From contig CM074814.1 of the NCBI GenBank assembly GCA_037447605.1, positions 2,108,001 through 2,172,000 on the forward strand: a DNA stretch of 64,000 bases. The letters run 5' to 3'. This document shows, piece after piece, positions 1 to 13,900 of this stretch (the stretch's first letter is position 1; every line of letters starts with the position of its first letter). The notes below the pieces were generated by a model. That model was not told where the DNA came from and did not search any database. It was given only the letters and a program-made list of their open reading frames with translations. The translations under genes were made by a program, and so were the position numbers. This DNA is from Zygnema circumcarinatum SAG 698-1b (taxonomy: Eukaryota; Plantae; Zygnematophyceae).

Positions 1-1929
1 AAGTGGTCTCTGTGAGATTCTGAAAATCAACGGCTCTGCTGCTCCTATCGCTGCTGGATGGTAGGCTATCATCGTCGTCGTCCTCTGTTTCCTGCATACA
101 AGCCAATTTGCAGTGCCCTTTCAAACTGCTTTGCAGCGCCCCCCCCCCCTCCCCTCCCCTCCCCTCTCTCTCTCTCTCTCTCTCTCTCCCTCTCTCTCTC
201 TCTCTCTCCCCCTTCAGGTAGTCTATGCTTGTGCCATTTCTCCACAGTTGGACAATTCACCCTCCTGGGCAAAACATGCATTTACAAAACAGTCTGAAAT
301 GGTCCTTTCCTTTCCTTTCCTTGCCCTTCCCTTTCCACTGAAATCAACCCCAACCCAGCCCACATTCACTCCCCTTTCCCAAACGGCTATATGGGTTGAC
401 TACGCACTCTGTCCTCATCCGTAACAAAGAACGGCCGGGGAATGCGGTCCACATAGAGGGCCGGAATCTCCCGCTGCTGCCCAATGCGAGCATCTTCATA
501 TGTCACTACCACTATTGCAGACCCCTCTCTCGCCATATGGGCCAATTGAGGCTCCACCAAAGCCGTACGCCTTCTAGAAACTTCCTCCCGTAGAGCACGC
601 ATCTTGATCTTTTCGTTCTGCATTCCATCTCTCCGGACACCATAATGCATGATGTGCATTCAAGATATAGATGGTGGATGACTATATGATCAGGAGATGT
701 CTATAATGGCTTACTGGAAGTTTTGAATATGATGTTATTGCCCAGAGAACTCATAAAATACTAAATGATGCGTTTTGCGCTTCACGATGTGCGAACATGC
801 TTATGGCATATATCTTCACCATGTCTCTGCTGATGAAAGCATATGAATTGCATCAAAAGCAAGAGTACAGCAAGAGTATCTTCCCATATGATACAGTTTA
901 GAGATGAAAGCAGCACTCACCCGCATCTTAAATTTGTAGCTTAGATAGTGCTCCCAAATGCTCTCCTCAATCCGCCCCTCAAACCCTCTTGCTTCCTCCA
1001 TTTCCTTGGAACTTTCTAACGTTGCTGCTTGATCTTCCAGCCTTTGAAGCCGCTTGCGAGCCTTAACCACCACCTGTAATAGCTCAGTGAAGCACTCAGT
1101 AAAAGGTAGATTGTCGGACATTTTGACTTGCGAATATAAAGAGAGAGCCTGTTCTATTAGTTACCTTGATGTATTCCCAAACTTCGAATGTATGTTGGTA
1201 ACATGTCAGATCCCCACTACCACTTTTACTATGTTCAGCCTCTCATTCCATTCTTCTATGATTGCTTGGCAACTGCGATGTATTTGTTGGTTTGTTGCAC
1301 ACAAGAGACTATGAAATAGTGGAACTATAACTCTTGTCATTTCTCTATATTGGCAATCAAGTTATTCTCTTATTCAGTTCAATTTAAGAAGCCCCAGAAG
1401 TTCACGAAAAGCACGATCCATAAGATGCTTCACTATTTTGATCAGAAAAACAAATACCCGTCAAAGCACTCAAATTTGAGATGAGTCTTCTTCATCTCAT
1501 CGTGGAAGAGTTTAACTCCTACTTCTGAGATGAAAGAGGAGCGCGTGTGGACTTATTTTCCTGTTTGAATTAAGCTCACCTCATTGCCCAGGTAATTCCC
1601 AAAGCTGCATTCTACAAGCCGCCTCGCTTCATCCATTGTACGGCCCATAGGAACATTGATATTCTCCTTCACTCCTTTCTTCTCCTCATCCTCTTTATCC
1701 ACACCCTTGGATAGCAGCAAGTTTCTAGTATCCTGTCAGGGTTAGAACAGGCCAAAACACTGTCAACAACTGCTCAGAAATCTCTCATGATCACATCCCA
1801 AACGACAGCTCTCACATTCAGTTGAGCTTACTCAAATCTTGTCAAAAGAAACTAATGGCTTAACTACCCATAATGTGCTTACCGACTCAGACCCAACTCA
1901 GCAGACATAGAGAGACAGAGTGGGGGAGC

Positions 1930-1961
<32 letters not shown>

Positions 1962-4900
1962 GAGAGCTGAAAGCTTACCGCCAAAAGGTTTAAAGCCATT
2001 CCATAAGTAGCTGTGAACTGAGAAACTAAAGGATCAGGGCCCGCAAAGAGAAGCTTACAAGCTTCCTTTGCCCCTTCAAAACGAGACTGAACGACTACTA
2101 CATGGCCGAGTTGGTCTTGCCCTCTCCTTCCTGCTCTCCCTGCCATCTGCAGCATTGCATTGGAGCTAAGGAGAGCATGTCCATCGTCTCCCCTTTTGCT
2201 GAGAGAGGATAAGACTGTTGTTCGTGCAGGCATGTTTATCCCTGCTGCAAGGGTCTCGGTTGCAAAGACAACCTGCCAAAATATGGGTCAGAAACGAGAG
2301 TGTAACTTTGGGGAGGCTGAAAGAAGGGGAGTAGATTTGAAGAGGATAAGTTTGGTGTGAAATTGATGAGACAAGAATGGCAGCAAAATGAATGGAATCA
2401 GGCAAGTATGAGCATGCAGCATGCATGAATGGGAGACGAGATATGGATGATATGTGAGAGATTCTCCAGAAACTGATGAATATTGCGAGGTCGGTTCATC
2501 CCCCTTTTCTACGAACTGCTTGCCCGTGCAAGGAAACCAGGAAAAAAAAACCCAACTTCGATAATGTCTCAAAAGCATAATGTTATGATAGACCCCTTCC
2601 AGTTCCATGTGGCAAAACAGTAGAAGATATCACATGCTCACCTTCACTAACCCATGCAGATAAAGCTCCTCCACAAACGACTTCCAAGCTGGCAAACAAC
2701 CTGCATGGTGTGCCGCCACCCCCCTCAATAGTGAACCTACCGCTTTCCATCGCACTGCCTCGGGAGAGACCTCCTTCAAGTTCTGTACGGCCACCTCCAC
2801 TGCCTCCTTTTCTTCCTCAGAGAGAAGCTGACAATATCTACTGGCAATATCTACGGCTGCATCGCATCCTCGGCGGCTGAAAATGAACCATATTGCAGGA
2901 AGCATATCTCTTTCATGTAATTCTCGAAGGGTATCTTCAATGAGGGGGACCTGCATGCCTCGATTGGAACATTCGACATTCATAAGGAAAGAGAATGAAC
3001 ATAACATAACGTTCTTTCGAGAGTGCAGCCAAGGTCACTTTCCCTCACAAAAGCGATGAAACGGAGTTTGCAAGTTTTTCTACATTCCCCTATGAAGGTT
3101 TTCTATGGAGCAAGGCTCTACGGGGGCGACGCCGAGAAACTGGTGAATCCAAGTGCTCCAAAAAAACGTACTTTTGAAAGTCGAGAATGCGCAGGCAAGG
3201 ACCGGTTGATGTCGGTATTTCGCTCGTTCAATAGAGGTAGAAGCGCATCTTTTGTGCTGAAATGCCACATTAGGGGCACAGGCCTTCTGCTGCTAGTCAC
3301 AAGCTCTGTGGGTCCATGCACCTGCCCTCTTACCAAAAGGAGGAAAGAAACGAAGACATTCCTGATGTGCTGGAAAAGTTTTTTCTTCTCTTTTACAACA
3401 AAATATCATCCCCAGCATTCTTTGGTTCCGGATAGACGAAAGGAACACGTTTCATGTTGTTTGATGCGAGCATATTCTGTCCTTCAAACATTGTTTGCTG
3501 ATTTGCGAAATGCCTATAAAAATGCAAAGGAAAGTGCATGGCTAGTTCAGGCGAGGCTAAGATGCAGAAACTTCTTCGTCACATTATCCGTTTTTCATCA
3601 GACTCGTGTCCAACCATATTGATTATTTTTCTTCCAAAAAATTTCCGAAGTGTTATCTAACAACCAGCATAATCCGTCATGAAATCTCAACTTCTCAGAA
3701 TCGGAAACTCCAACCTTTGTCCCGCATTCCTTGCACTGCTGCTATTACTTAACCCCAAAAGGTGCTCAAAAGGAAAAGTTTTCGGAATATGTTCACCTGA
3801 GCAATCCAGTCTGCAAGTTCTTCCGGATTGGCCACTGTTGCAGAAAGGCACACGAGCTGAACTTCCTTAGGGCAGTAGATCACCTTGAACCACTCGAAAG
3901 AAGACCATTGGGGTAATGGAATTATAATCTTTCCACACTTAGAAACAGTAAGCTACTTCAGAGTCTCCTTCAGCCAGTTTCCCGTGAAAATAAGAGGGGG
4001 AAAACTGGAGTAACGGAAAACTATACTTACTGTCTCCTCCCAAACGGTGCCGCGAGATTTATCACTCAGATAGTGCACTTCATCCAAAACTATAGCGGCG
4101 ACATTTGAGAGTCCGCTGCCCTCCTCTGTGCTACGCACACTGCAAATAACATGAATTTTTACCTCCGTTTAGAAACCTTGGAGCAGCATGCATGTAATAA
4201 AGTACTGCTAAGCAAATGAAAAACTGCTGATTGGATGTGCAGTTAAACATTCGAAGAGTTAGTTCATAGGATGACGAATCAAGAGAGACATTACCGGAAA
4301 CATTCAAAGGCAGATCAAAGGAGGAGATCAGTATAGCCAAACGGTTAGAAAGGCCCACCTGTAGTAGAGCATGTTCCGAAGAATCTCTGTTGTCATAACA
4401 ACTATGGGCGCATCGCGATTCACGGAAGCATCTCCCGTGAGCAGACCCACATTTTCCTCTCCGAATTTCTCTCTGTCAAACCCATCATTGGCAAGATGTA
4501 GAGCTTGACGTTTCCATGCAAAACGGGGCTCGGTCAAAAAAGGGGGCTCTCAGCTTCCTGCCTCTAAGGGCCAAAACTAAGTCCAGTAAACCAAGGTTTG
4601 TTGAGACAAAACTTTCACCAAAATGAAAACACGCATTCGTGGAGAGAAGTAAATGCTCAGTTGAATTGACACATGATGGGATGGAAAACCTAAAGTCACC
4701 TCAAGAAATGAATAACAGGGCAGAAATGACAGGAAGGAACAGAAACTAGCAATGGAGAAGCGATTGGGTGGTAATCAATTTGCCCTACACTTCAAAGCCT
4801 AGCCCCCTCTTAGAAGTCTATGCCATCACCTCTTCTACGTTTGCTGACATGTAAGTCAATCAAAGCAATTTTTCTTTCAACCTAGGACATCTCCGTCCAT

Positions 4901-6496
4901 TGCATCATGATATATTTCCAAGAGGCCCGTGATTTAGCAATTGTATAGAGCATGCGACGAATTGCACCTTCCCGATTCAACAGTTGTTCATCAGAAATCT
5001 TCTTGTGTTAACATTGCTACATACCGAAAATCACGCAGCTTCTGGTTGGATAACGCTTTCAAAGGAGTGGTGTAGAACAGTCGCCCTCCTTTTGCCATCA
5101 CTGCAGCGGCTGCTGCTTCCGCAATCAGAGTCTTTCCGCTGCTGGTTGGGGCACAAACCACGACTGATGCCCCACCCAGGAAAGCCTCAATGGCCAGCCG
5201 CTGCCAAAAGCACGTTAACAATAACGAGATAAGTTAGAATCAGAGGGGCCAAACAATGCAATCTAGGCATACATATGACAGTCATCGTCATGCCAAGGTA
5301 GCTTTCAAAGGTTTTTTGTTTTTTCCATCAATTCCTAGAACAAGAAGCTACTTACCAGCTGCGACAGTTGCAGACACCTCCAAACCTATGATCAATCTAT
5401 GACCGTTTTTTTACCCTATTAGTCTAAGAAGAGGATTCTTCTGGAGGATTAAACTTGGAGTAATGCCACTACGCTATGAATGTTTGTTTTCAACCCTTCT
5501 GTCTTGTGGACTATCCTCTACATTTCAAATTGCAATTCATCAAGTCATTAAACTGGTTAACATATAGTTCAAAGTTCAAATAAGGAGACAAATATAGCTT
5601 GACAAGGACATTACTTAAACTTGCAGCAAATATATTGATTAATTGACCCCACTAAACACGACGACCCTCGGCCACTGGCCACCGAAGAGTAAACGCACCT
5701 GAAATTTGTCAACCGAGAAGTCAAAAAGCTTTGCTATATCTCGTGGAGTAACTGTTGCAGCTTGTTCAGATGCTAAAAGCGCCTGGACCTTGGCCTTTAG
5801 GTCGTATACTCGGTCAACCATTGGGCGGGCATTGGGCCTTTCTTCTTCTGTTTCTGCTTCAAGATGTGCTTCTGGCCTCTCCCGATCATTATTAGTTGGT
5901 AGGATCCATCCGTCTTCATCTTTCTGGCCTGACTTCGCCCTTCTCTTGGTGGACACCGACTCCTCGAGATTCTCCCTCCATTCCAAGTCCATTTCGTCCT
6001 CACCAGTCCATTGCTGCCATTGGTTTGCTCTCGGTAAGCCATTTGAGTTCTCTTCGTCTTCAAATTGGTCTTTCTCAGAGTAATAATTTAGCATCCCTTT
6101 CCTGTCATCCAGCTCGGCTAAGGACTTTTTCTTTGATGCCGCTTTTATGCCTCGCAAAGAATCCCCTTTCAATTTCCTTGATGAACTGCTTTTTTCAGCC
6201 CTCACTCGTCCCAGACTTCTCAATTGTGCATAATTACATACCTTTTCTCCTGTAATTGCTCGTCTTTCCTTTCTCAGCGCCTCTAACGATCCTTCCCCAA
6301 AGAAATGGCAGCGAATGCTTCTCTTGACCCTTGCATCTTTCAATGCAACTTCTCCTTCTCCTGTCCGTCCCCCCTCTGTGCCAAAACAACCTCTTCTCTT
6401 GTTGCTATACTTGTCCCGAGGATGCCTGAATGCTATCTGCCGGCACTCTTGGAATGAAAAAGGCAGCAAGAAGTATGTAGACTGAAAAGTGGCCAT
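1..6496 (-). CDS. ISE2: Ski2-like DEVH-box RNA helicase, plastid ISE2/DExH15 type; multi-exon, 3' end outside the window
   Basis: Exon peptides in order: transit-peptide-like N-terminus ending FDFSVDKFQ (6496-5699); motif [13 protein letters not shown] and [12 protein letters not shown] (~5199-5024); [17 protein letters not shown] (~4473-4359); [17 protein letters not shown] (~4139-4031); LSATVANP (~3885-3797); RRPVPL (~3321); FIFSRRGCD and AAHHAGCLP (~2951-2642); [15 protein letters not shown] and [10 protein letters not shown] (~2271-1979). More exons follow down to position 1. GT-AG introns. Confidence 0.93.
138..212. repeat. poly-C/(CT)n intronic microsatellite; similar tracts at ~1925-1966, 30065-30170, 32611-32702, 34155-34270 and 51833-51930
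   Basis: Directly visible. Confidence 0.95.
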
Positions 6497-6893
6497 GTGT
6501 GATCGGATGGCATTAAAGATGAGCCGAGCAGAATGCAGCTAAAGCCGGGCTCGTCGTCATGATCCTGCCAATGAAGGACGGGCCGAATGCGTTATTGCAG
6601 TGAATGTCGAATTTGACAGCTTCACAGTCGTCTGGAGAGAAGCTCGTGGCTTCACCAGCGCCGGCGGAAACCGAAAACGTGGAAATTGCAGTACGTATAT
6701 CTTCTTGCCCATTGATCTTCGAAGCGAAGAGTAGGAAGCAATGGAGCGAAGCAAGGTTTACTTCAATAATTTTTTTCTGGAGACTTGTGCTGCTGCAGAT
6801 AGCTAAAGTATCAAGAAGAAGCAAGTTCCCAAGCAAGCTCCGAGAATCTGCGAGGCTTCCGCCAGCTGTGGTGCTTTGTGCAGTGTTGTTGCC

Positions 6894-7286
6894 ATGTCCT
6901 CTTTCCAAACAGTTCGAAGGGGCAAGCTTATGTTGAAGGGAGGAATTCCGCTGGAGAATCTAAATGAGAAAAAGAACAAGAAGAAGAAGCGCAAGAAAAG
7001 TGAAGGAGTTGAAGAGGCGAAGGAGGCTGACCAAGGAAAAGCGGAGGAGCTGCATGCGGAGCAGCAGCAGGAGGCAAGCGGAGCAAATCAAGGGAAGGAT
7101 AAAGCGGCTGGAGGTCACGATGGCGGAATAGGGTTTGCTCCAGATGGCAAAAAGAGTAAAAAATACGAGGAGCTGTTTCCAGTGGAAACAAAGCGCTTTG
7201 GCTTTGTTGAGCCATCACAAGTGCAGACCCGAGAAGAAGCTGTTGTGGAGCGTGCAAAGAGGAAGGCAGATCGATATTGCAAGTAG
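6894..7286 (+). CDS. Small Lys-rich conserved eukaryotic protein (N-terminal GKLxLKG, C-terminal KRKADRYCK); function unknown
   Basis: Intronless 130-aa ORF from ATG 6894 with an NLS-like KKNKKKKRKK. YEELFPVETKRFG and the KADRYCK end resemble a conserved uncharacterised plant family as I recall it. Confidence 0.8.
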   Translation: MSSFQTVRRGKLMLKGGIPLENLNEKKNKKKKRKKSEGVEEAKEADQGKAEELHAEQQQEASGANQGKDKAAGGHDGGIGFAPDGKKSKKYEELFPVETKRFGFVEPSQVQTREEAVVERAKRKADRYCK

Positions 7287-8914
7287 CACGTCTCCTTTGG
7301 AATAGTCTTTCATATTATGGACGCAAGGTATGAACATGACAAGGATAATCCCACATGTGCATGTTCAAGAAGGCAATTGACCGTTTTTATCCGCATTTGC
7401 AAGCAGCTTTCCTTCAACAAAACTTACTCTCATCGGCTTGGAAGTCCTCTCGGTTGTGCTTCATATTTTCCTACTTGGTGCAGTTACTCCGACAGTAAAT
7501 CTAAAGTGAGACCTTGTTTACAACCAAATCGTGTTCGCAAAGAGTCTAAGACAGCTGGATGGACTAGATGGAAGAAGAGTATCTGTACAGCTCCCTCACT
7601 TTACAACATCGTTGGATTAATAACTCTGCATGCCTTAATAGTGTCTTGGACTGTTGACATGATTATTTTGGACTAATCCAACTGTCTGGATAAGAGCACT
7701 GGTACAGCAGCTTGACTGTGATTGACATCTATGTAAGCGATAGCTACTCCGGCTAAGTGTGATCTTTAGGTGCTCCGGAAAACAGTGACTGGCATAGCCT
7801 ATTCAACTCTTTCTGGACTTTAAATGATCATTTGCTTATTTCGCCAGGGACAAGAAAGCTGTGTTTTTGCAAGTATGTTTCAATACTGCCATTATTTACT
7901 TTTGTGGAGCCTTAGTTGTTTTAGTGCTGGCCAATAAGGAGCTGAAGTTTAGGTCTAGTCCATCCTAACCCGCTTTAGCTTCTGCTATGGTCGACCTTTC
8001 GACAAATGCGAAGTTCAATCTCACGCAAGCTTTACCTGACTTAAAACTTTCCTGAATCCTCAGCAACTCCCTTGTCACTTAATTGCAGGAAATTGAGTGC
8101 TGCAGAGTAAGGTCGGCACGTTTCAACCCTTAGACCTGTAAGAGCATCAAGCACCTCCGTGTTTGCCATTTATACAGTTGCCAAGTTCAAAGTGGAAAAA
8201 CGAAGCTGCTTTGTACGGTGAACGTTTGCGTGCAGCTTCCCAATAATGTTTGGTGACATCTTCTTTAGCTTATCATTCAAACTTCCACTCTTCAAACTCT
8301 TACTGTCCATGTCTTGTTGTACAGCGACGCCCCCCATTTTGTAGCTTCTGCTCCGAGAAAGCATATGAAGGTAAGGCTTGGAGATCAATGCCACAGGGGG
8401 ATGGATGGGGGGGGGGGGATGCCACATCTTTATTCTTGGTAGGTTGGTTGATTGGTGTATCACTTCAAGGAACTTTGGCTGCGAGATGACAAGGCAGATG
8501 CCGTTTACATGTACAAATGGCAAGAAATTGCGTCACTTGTACCGTTGAATGGTACATATTTCATTGCTTCAAAAAGCGTGCAGAAAAGACATTGCAAGAG
8601 GCGCTAGTGCGCTTACACTGTTTAGGATCCTGAAAAGAATGAAGCTGTGAACATGCTAAAGCTGCAGAGAACCGTTGGACACCCTTCTTTGCCTGGTTCT
8701 CTGAACATTCACCAGCCGATTAAAGTCTTTAAAGTCTGGCTGTGTATATAGAACGTTAGCTTGGCCTACGGTGGTATGCTTTATACATCCTGAAAAAAAA
8801 CAGGTACAGAAAAATGGTGCAGTGTGCTTTTGTCGGTACAGTCTCTAGTGATCGTAACCCAATAGTTTCGAATGTACTTGTGCTGTCGCAGCAAAACCAC
8901 CCACTTCATCGCTA

Positions 8915-9102
8915 CAAAGACTCTCAGGAGACATTTACTGAAGCTTTATAATGATGCCATGTCTTTTCCTTTTACGCAAAGACTCTCAGGAGACCTTTAC
9001 TGAAGCTCTATAATGATGCCATGTCTTCTCCTTTTACGCAAAGACTCTCAGGAGACCTTTACTGAAGCTCTATAATGATGCCATGTCTTTTCCTTTTACG
9101 CA
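8915..9102. repeat. Tandem repeat, 3 x 62 bp
   Basis: Unit CAAAGACTCTCAGGAGACMTTTACTGAAGCTYTATAATGATGCCATGTCTTYTCCTTTTACG starts at 8915, 8977 and 9039. Confidence 0.95.
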
Positions 9103-10725
9103 GTAATTAAACGCCACGAGCCACTACTTGAACAAGTTGGCCTCTCACTGCAATCAATCACATGTAATGGTATGGTCAACGTCAGAGCCTCATGGGTCTT
9201 TCCATTAGGACCATTTTCCAATGGGGAGGGAAAATGGCATTGAACTCGATGGCGAGGCCATCAAATGTTCATGGACACAATAAGCATGGGGAACCACGAG
9301 GGACTGGTCGCAAAGGACCTAAGCACAATGGGGAGATGGAGACTCGCCACATACCATACACGAAAGTGGCCCAAAAGGGTCCCCATTTCCATGTTCCACA
9401 ATTTTCACGCCCCTGTTCACATGATCGAGACCATAGACCCATTTGTCCAGAACAACGAAGGTGAAGGGCCTCGTCTTTGAATGGTCCAATCCACCAATCA
9501 GAGGCGCCCACGTGTCTTCTGATTTGTGCGCCATAAATGGCCATCCGCCACGTGGCGGTCCCCGCCCTTCCGCTGCGCGAGACAGCTGTCGGCGAGACGG
9601 CCAACGAGAATTCCAACGGCGCTCCGTTGCCCGGGAACTGCGGGCAGTTTGCCAGCCCGATGGAACGGCCTGAAAGAAAATTTCCGCCGCCCGGGCAAAC
9701 CGGAAGATCGTACTGTACGATATGTACGGCAGGTGCAAGTGGCGGACCTTTCTTTCCTCGCCGTCCACCGGCCCGAAGTTTCGGGCAGCCCGGCGCGCCA
9801 AAAAAAAGTCTCAACTGGCGGCTTCGGCCTCCGGCAGGCGGGCCATCGTGCCGGGCAGGAAAAAACATTTTGGACGACATCTCGTCTGCCAGAGCAGGAT
9901 AAAGAAAACCCGACCGGCCAATCAGGAGGGTTCATAATCTACCAGATTTTGTCGGTGAAAATTTTCAGCCTGCCCACAATGATTTTCTAATGCCGCCGCC
10001 TCTCGCGCCGCCGAAACGCCGTATCTCCGTACGACAAGTTGTCGTATCAAACCGTACGACAAGACGCCTCCGTACTCTTTCGTACGGTACGGCCCTTCTG
10101 GCGCGGGAAGGATTGCTCCCCTCCGGGGGCCCATCCCCTCGCGGGAATCGCACCACGTGGCAGGCTGCGGCCCCTCGGCGGCGGCCCCGCCACGGGGGCA
10201 GCCGTGGGATAAAATCGCAGCCGTCAGTCGCACGAGCTCTGCGACGTCGTCGACCAATCGCAGATAGTGCGACAGGGTGGCCGTGCGATTGGGTGAACGG
10301 AACTGCAACGGAACGGGACGGAGTTCACATGGAGCATGGGCTGGCCTGCAGCCTGCTTGCTTGCTGCCTGCCTGCCTGCCTGCATAGTGAAAGGGAGGGG
10401 CGGCTCATTTAGGGTTTGGGCGGAGGAGGGGAGGGTGGCTTGAGGGGGAGGGGGAGGGGCCGTCGCAGTACATGCATGGAGCATGCAAAGGCATGACGGC
10501 CATGGCGGCACAGCAGGCAGGCTGGGAAGACTGCGAGGCTGAAGCAGGGGCAGAAGAGATTGTGGTAGGACGTGAGGGAATATGAAGGCGGGGGTCGAAA
10601 GTTGTCGGAGGACTCGCGAGCTGTTTGGGAGAAGAGTTGTTGTGCAGGCTGTAGAGAGGGCAGTAGCAGGTCCAAGGAATTTCTGGGAGCAAGGAAGGCG
10701 GCCAGGATCGCTCTTGCTGTTGGTT

Positions 10726-10818
10726 ATGGCTGGTAGGAACCGGCATGGTCGAGACGTGAAGTTGGCCAGTCAGACATCTTCTTCTGGATATTCCCTTTTT
10801 CAAACTTGGAGCTGTTGA
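10726..10818 (+). other. Candidate upstream ORF in the WNK 5' leader (MAGRNRHGRDVKLASQTSSSGYSLFQTWSC)
   Basis: ATG at 10726 (an in-frame upstream ATG is at 10582); stop at 10818, 124 nt before the WNK ATG. Confidence 0.45.
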
Positions 10819-10942
10819 TTTCAGTGCGCTTTCTTTCGCTGGAGGCAAGGCGAGGGGACGTCGAGGATGTGTGGAGGAGGACGTGTCCTTGTGATGCCCC
10901 AACTTTAGTGGTCTTGGCGATATCGCTGTAGATCAGGTCAAC

Positions 10943-13900
10943 ATGGTGGAGCGAGATGACGAAGGGGCGGCCAGCGTTTCGGGAGAGGAAACCGCCACCA
11001 ACAAAGATGATGAAGATGGAGAGTCAGAGTTTGTGGAAGTGGATCCTCTCAAGCGCTACGGACGGGTAAGTAAGGAAAGGGTGGGAAGGGGCAAAGGTCG
11101 CATCATGTCTCGTTAACTGAAACACACATTGTTAGCAGTGTCCACTGGAGGACAACTGTCAAGGGCTGTTCAAACGTTTGAGTTGCCTCTATTGAGGGCC
11201 AGATTAAGTGGAGATATGAGCCGTCTAGTAGTTCAGACCTGTAGCAGCCTTTATACACTCTCTGGAGGGGAAGGTTCTGTAGTATAAAAGTTGTGCGACC
11301 GAGCTCAAAGGATTCCTTCTGCATTTCCCTAACTTTTGCTAGACATTCTTTTGTTTCTTAAAGCAAAGAACTTGTAGTAGAGAGAATTGCCGGAGGGCGT
11401 AGACTTTTGTGCCAGCCTGGTAGCAGTCCTCCCATTTTCCGGAAAATTCAATAACTATACTTGGTGTTAGTTTAACAAGTTTGATCAGTCGTGAAGGGTG
11501 TTTGCCCGCCCTTTCCTTGACTGAAAAAAATGAAGGTTATTGAGTAGTTTGACAGACGTAGATGTAGGCGATGTCGGAGTGAATGGCAGATCGCAAATAT
11601 GCAAATGGAAGCGCATAGTCGCTGTCATCAACGTCCAGTTGACATGTCATGTAGACTTGTCACTTTGGCAAGGTCCGTCGGCTGCTTTGTATGTCGGCCT
11701 TCTTAGTTTTCTCCTTTGGTCTAAAGGTGTTTCCTTATGATTCCTTCCTCTGTTTTTGATGCAGTATGACGAAGTGCTCGGTAAAGGAGCATTCAAGACA
11801 GTGTATGCTTTCTGTAGCCTCCATCCTGGATGTTCCACACTTTTCTGCAAATGTTTGATATGTTTCCGAAACCCGGGGTAGAGCTGCTATTTCCAAACGG
11901 GCAGGGATAGGATAGAATCAGAGGTCTGCATTAACACTGCAATTCTAAATGCCAACTTCACCCCCCCTCGATGTAGAGTTTTGTTCTGCTGAATATCTGG
12001 TTCGGCTCTTAGTTCTCTTTCATTAACTGGAAGGGGTCAGTCCAGTCGAATTGAGTGCTGTTACTTGTCGCCTTTCTGTGTAGGGTCCCTCACCGCTTGT
12101 GAGATGTGGCTCTTGTTGGTCCGCAGATACCGAGCCTTCGATGAGGTTGAAGGAATTGAAGTGGCATGGAATCAGGTCAAAGTGCAGGATGTACTTCAGA
12201 GTCCAGAAGACTTGGAGAGGCTGTATTCTGAGGTGCATCTACTGAAGACTTTGAAGCACAAGAACATCATCAAGTTCTATAACTCTTGGGTCGACACGAA
12301 AACAAAAAATGTCAACTTCATCACGGAAATTTTTACATCAGGCACCTTGAGGCAGTAAGTTTTCCCATCACTTTTTGACGTATGGTGGGTCGTCGCATGC
12401 GTGAAACAATAACGAAGAAAGCATGCCGTATGGCTGCGGAATGGTTGTCAACTGCAACCTGATGTGTTGTACAGGTGTTCCAAATAAGGTCGTTGTAGCT
12501 CTTAATGCATGCTTGATAGAGTGAATGCCGTCCTTTTTTTTTCAACTGTTCAGGTATCGTAAAAAACATAAGCACTGCGATTTGAAGGCTGTGAAGAATT
12601 GGTCGCGCCAAATTCTTCGGGGTTTGCTATATCTCCATAGTCACGACCCTCCCATTATCCATCGTGACTTGAAGTGTGACAATATCTTTGTCAATGGAAA
12701 TCAAGGCGAAGTCAAAATTGGTGACCTTGGTTTGGCTGCAATCCTTCGCCAAGCACATGCCGCACACAGTGTCATTGGTGAGTGTGCTGTACTGTCAGTG
12801 GTCAGTTATGATATTTTCTGCTTGAGACCTTCGTTCGTTGGCGGCTTTCTGATGCTTTTTTCGCTCAGATAGCCTCCGTTTGTGGCTACTGAGTCGCATT
12901 GGCTCTGAGGAAGTATGTATGTTTAAAGTCTTTCTGTTATGGCTTCAGGAACGCCTGAGTTCATGGCACCGGAGCTGTATGAAGAAGAGTACAATGAGCT
13001 TGTGGACATTTACTCCTTTGGCATGTGCCTTCTTGAGATGGTAACTTTCGAATATCCTTATAGCGAGTGCGCCAATGCAGCCCAAATATTCAAGAAAGTT
13101 TCATCGGTAAGTTTGCTTTTGTGCCATTTCCTCACTGATCTTTTAAAAACTTGAGATATACAGGACATTACTATGAAGTTTTTCACTGTTCCTTCTTCCT
13201 TTTTCAAGCTGGACTTATCGAGATTTATGGATGCACTTTATATCAGCTCCTTCATAAAGCAACTTGTTGCGAGCTTTCTGATTGAATCGCCTAACTTTGG
13301 CTGTGCAGGGAAAGAAGCCTGCAGCTCTGGATAAAGTGAAGGACCCTGATGTGAGAGCATTTGTAGAAAAGTGTTTGGCGACAGCTTCTCGTCGATTGCC
13401 AGCTCGAGAGTTACTCATGGACCCCTTCTTGAATGATGATCGAGATGTTAATGACTCCACTATGCCAAGAACAGATTCAAGGGCGGATGACATGGAAGCC
13501 CTCGTCACTCATGATGAGCCGATTCCAAGGCCGCCCTCTCTTCCTGATCCGCGTTCGCAGGTCCCCGAGCCTAAGTCATTGAGTGATAATGGTGGTAGTG
13601 GAAGTGATGGGAAGGGAAGGGATGGTAGGGAAGAGCATGGTTCAAGGAAGAGTAATGCGGACTCAAATGCTAACAACTCTTTAGATGAGTCTGGAAGGGA
13701 AGATTCTGGCCATGGAAATGGGTGGAGCAAGAAGATTGATCGTTCAAGGAACAGTAGAGACTTTAAGGTGAAGGGCAAACGGACTGATGATGACGAGAAA
13801 ATATTCTTGCGACTTCGAATTGCAGATGCGCAAGGTGTGCTGGTCTGCAGATTTATCACCCATGTACCTCTGCACCTCTGCAATTTTGTATGCATCTAGG

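Noticed and set aside
8100-8800. Possible copia remnant (SIKHLRVC and TLQEAL-like fragments)
   Set aside because: Matches are too short and scattered to support without a profile search.
8915-9102. 62-bp repeat as a CRISPR array
   Set aside because: Units are directly adjacent with no unique spacers, the context is eukaryotic and there are no cas genes.
9192-10511. Many overlapping GC-rich ORFs
   Set aside because: No recognisable domains; explained by GC-rich promoter or repeat sequence with few stop codons.
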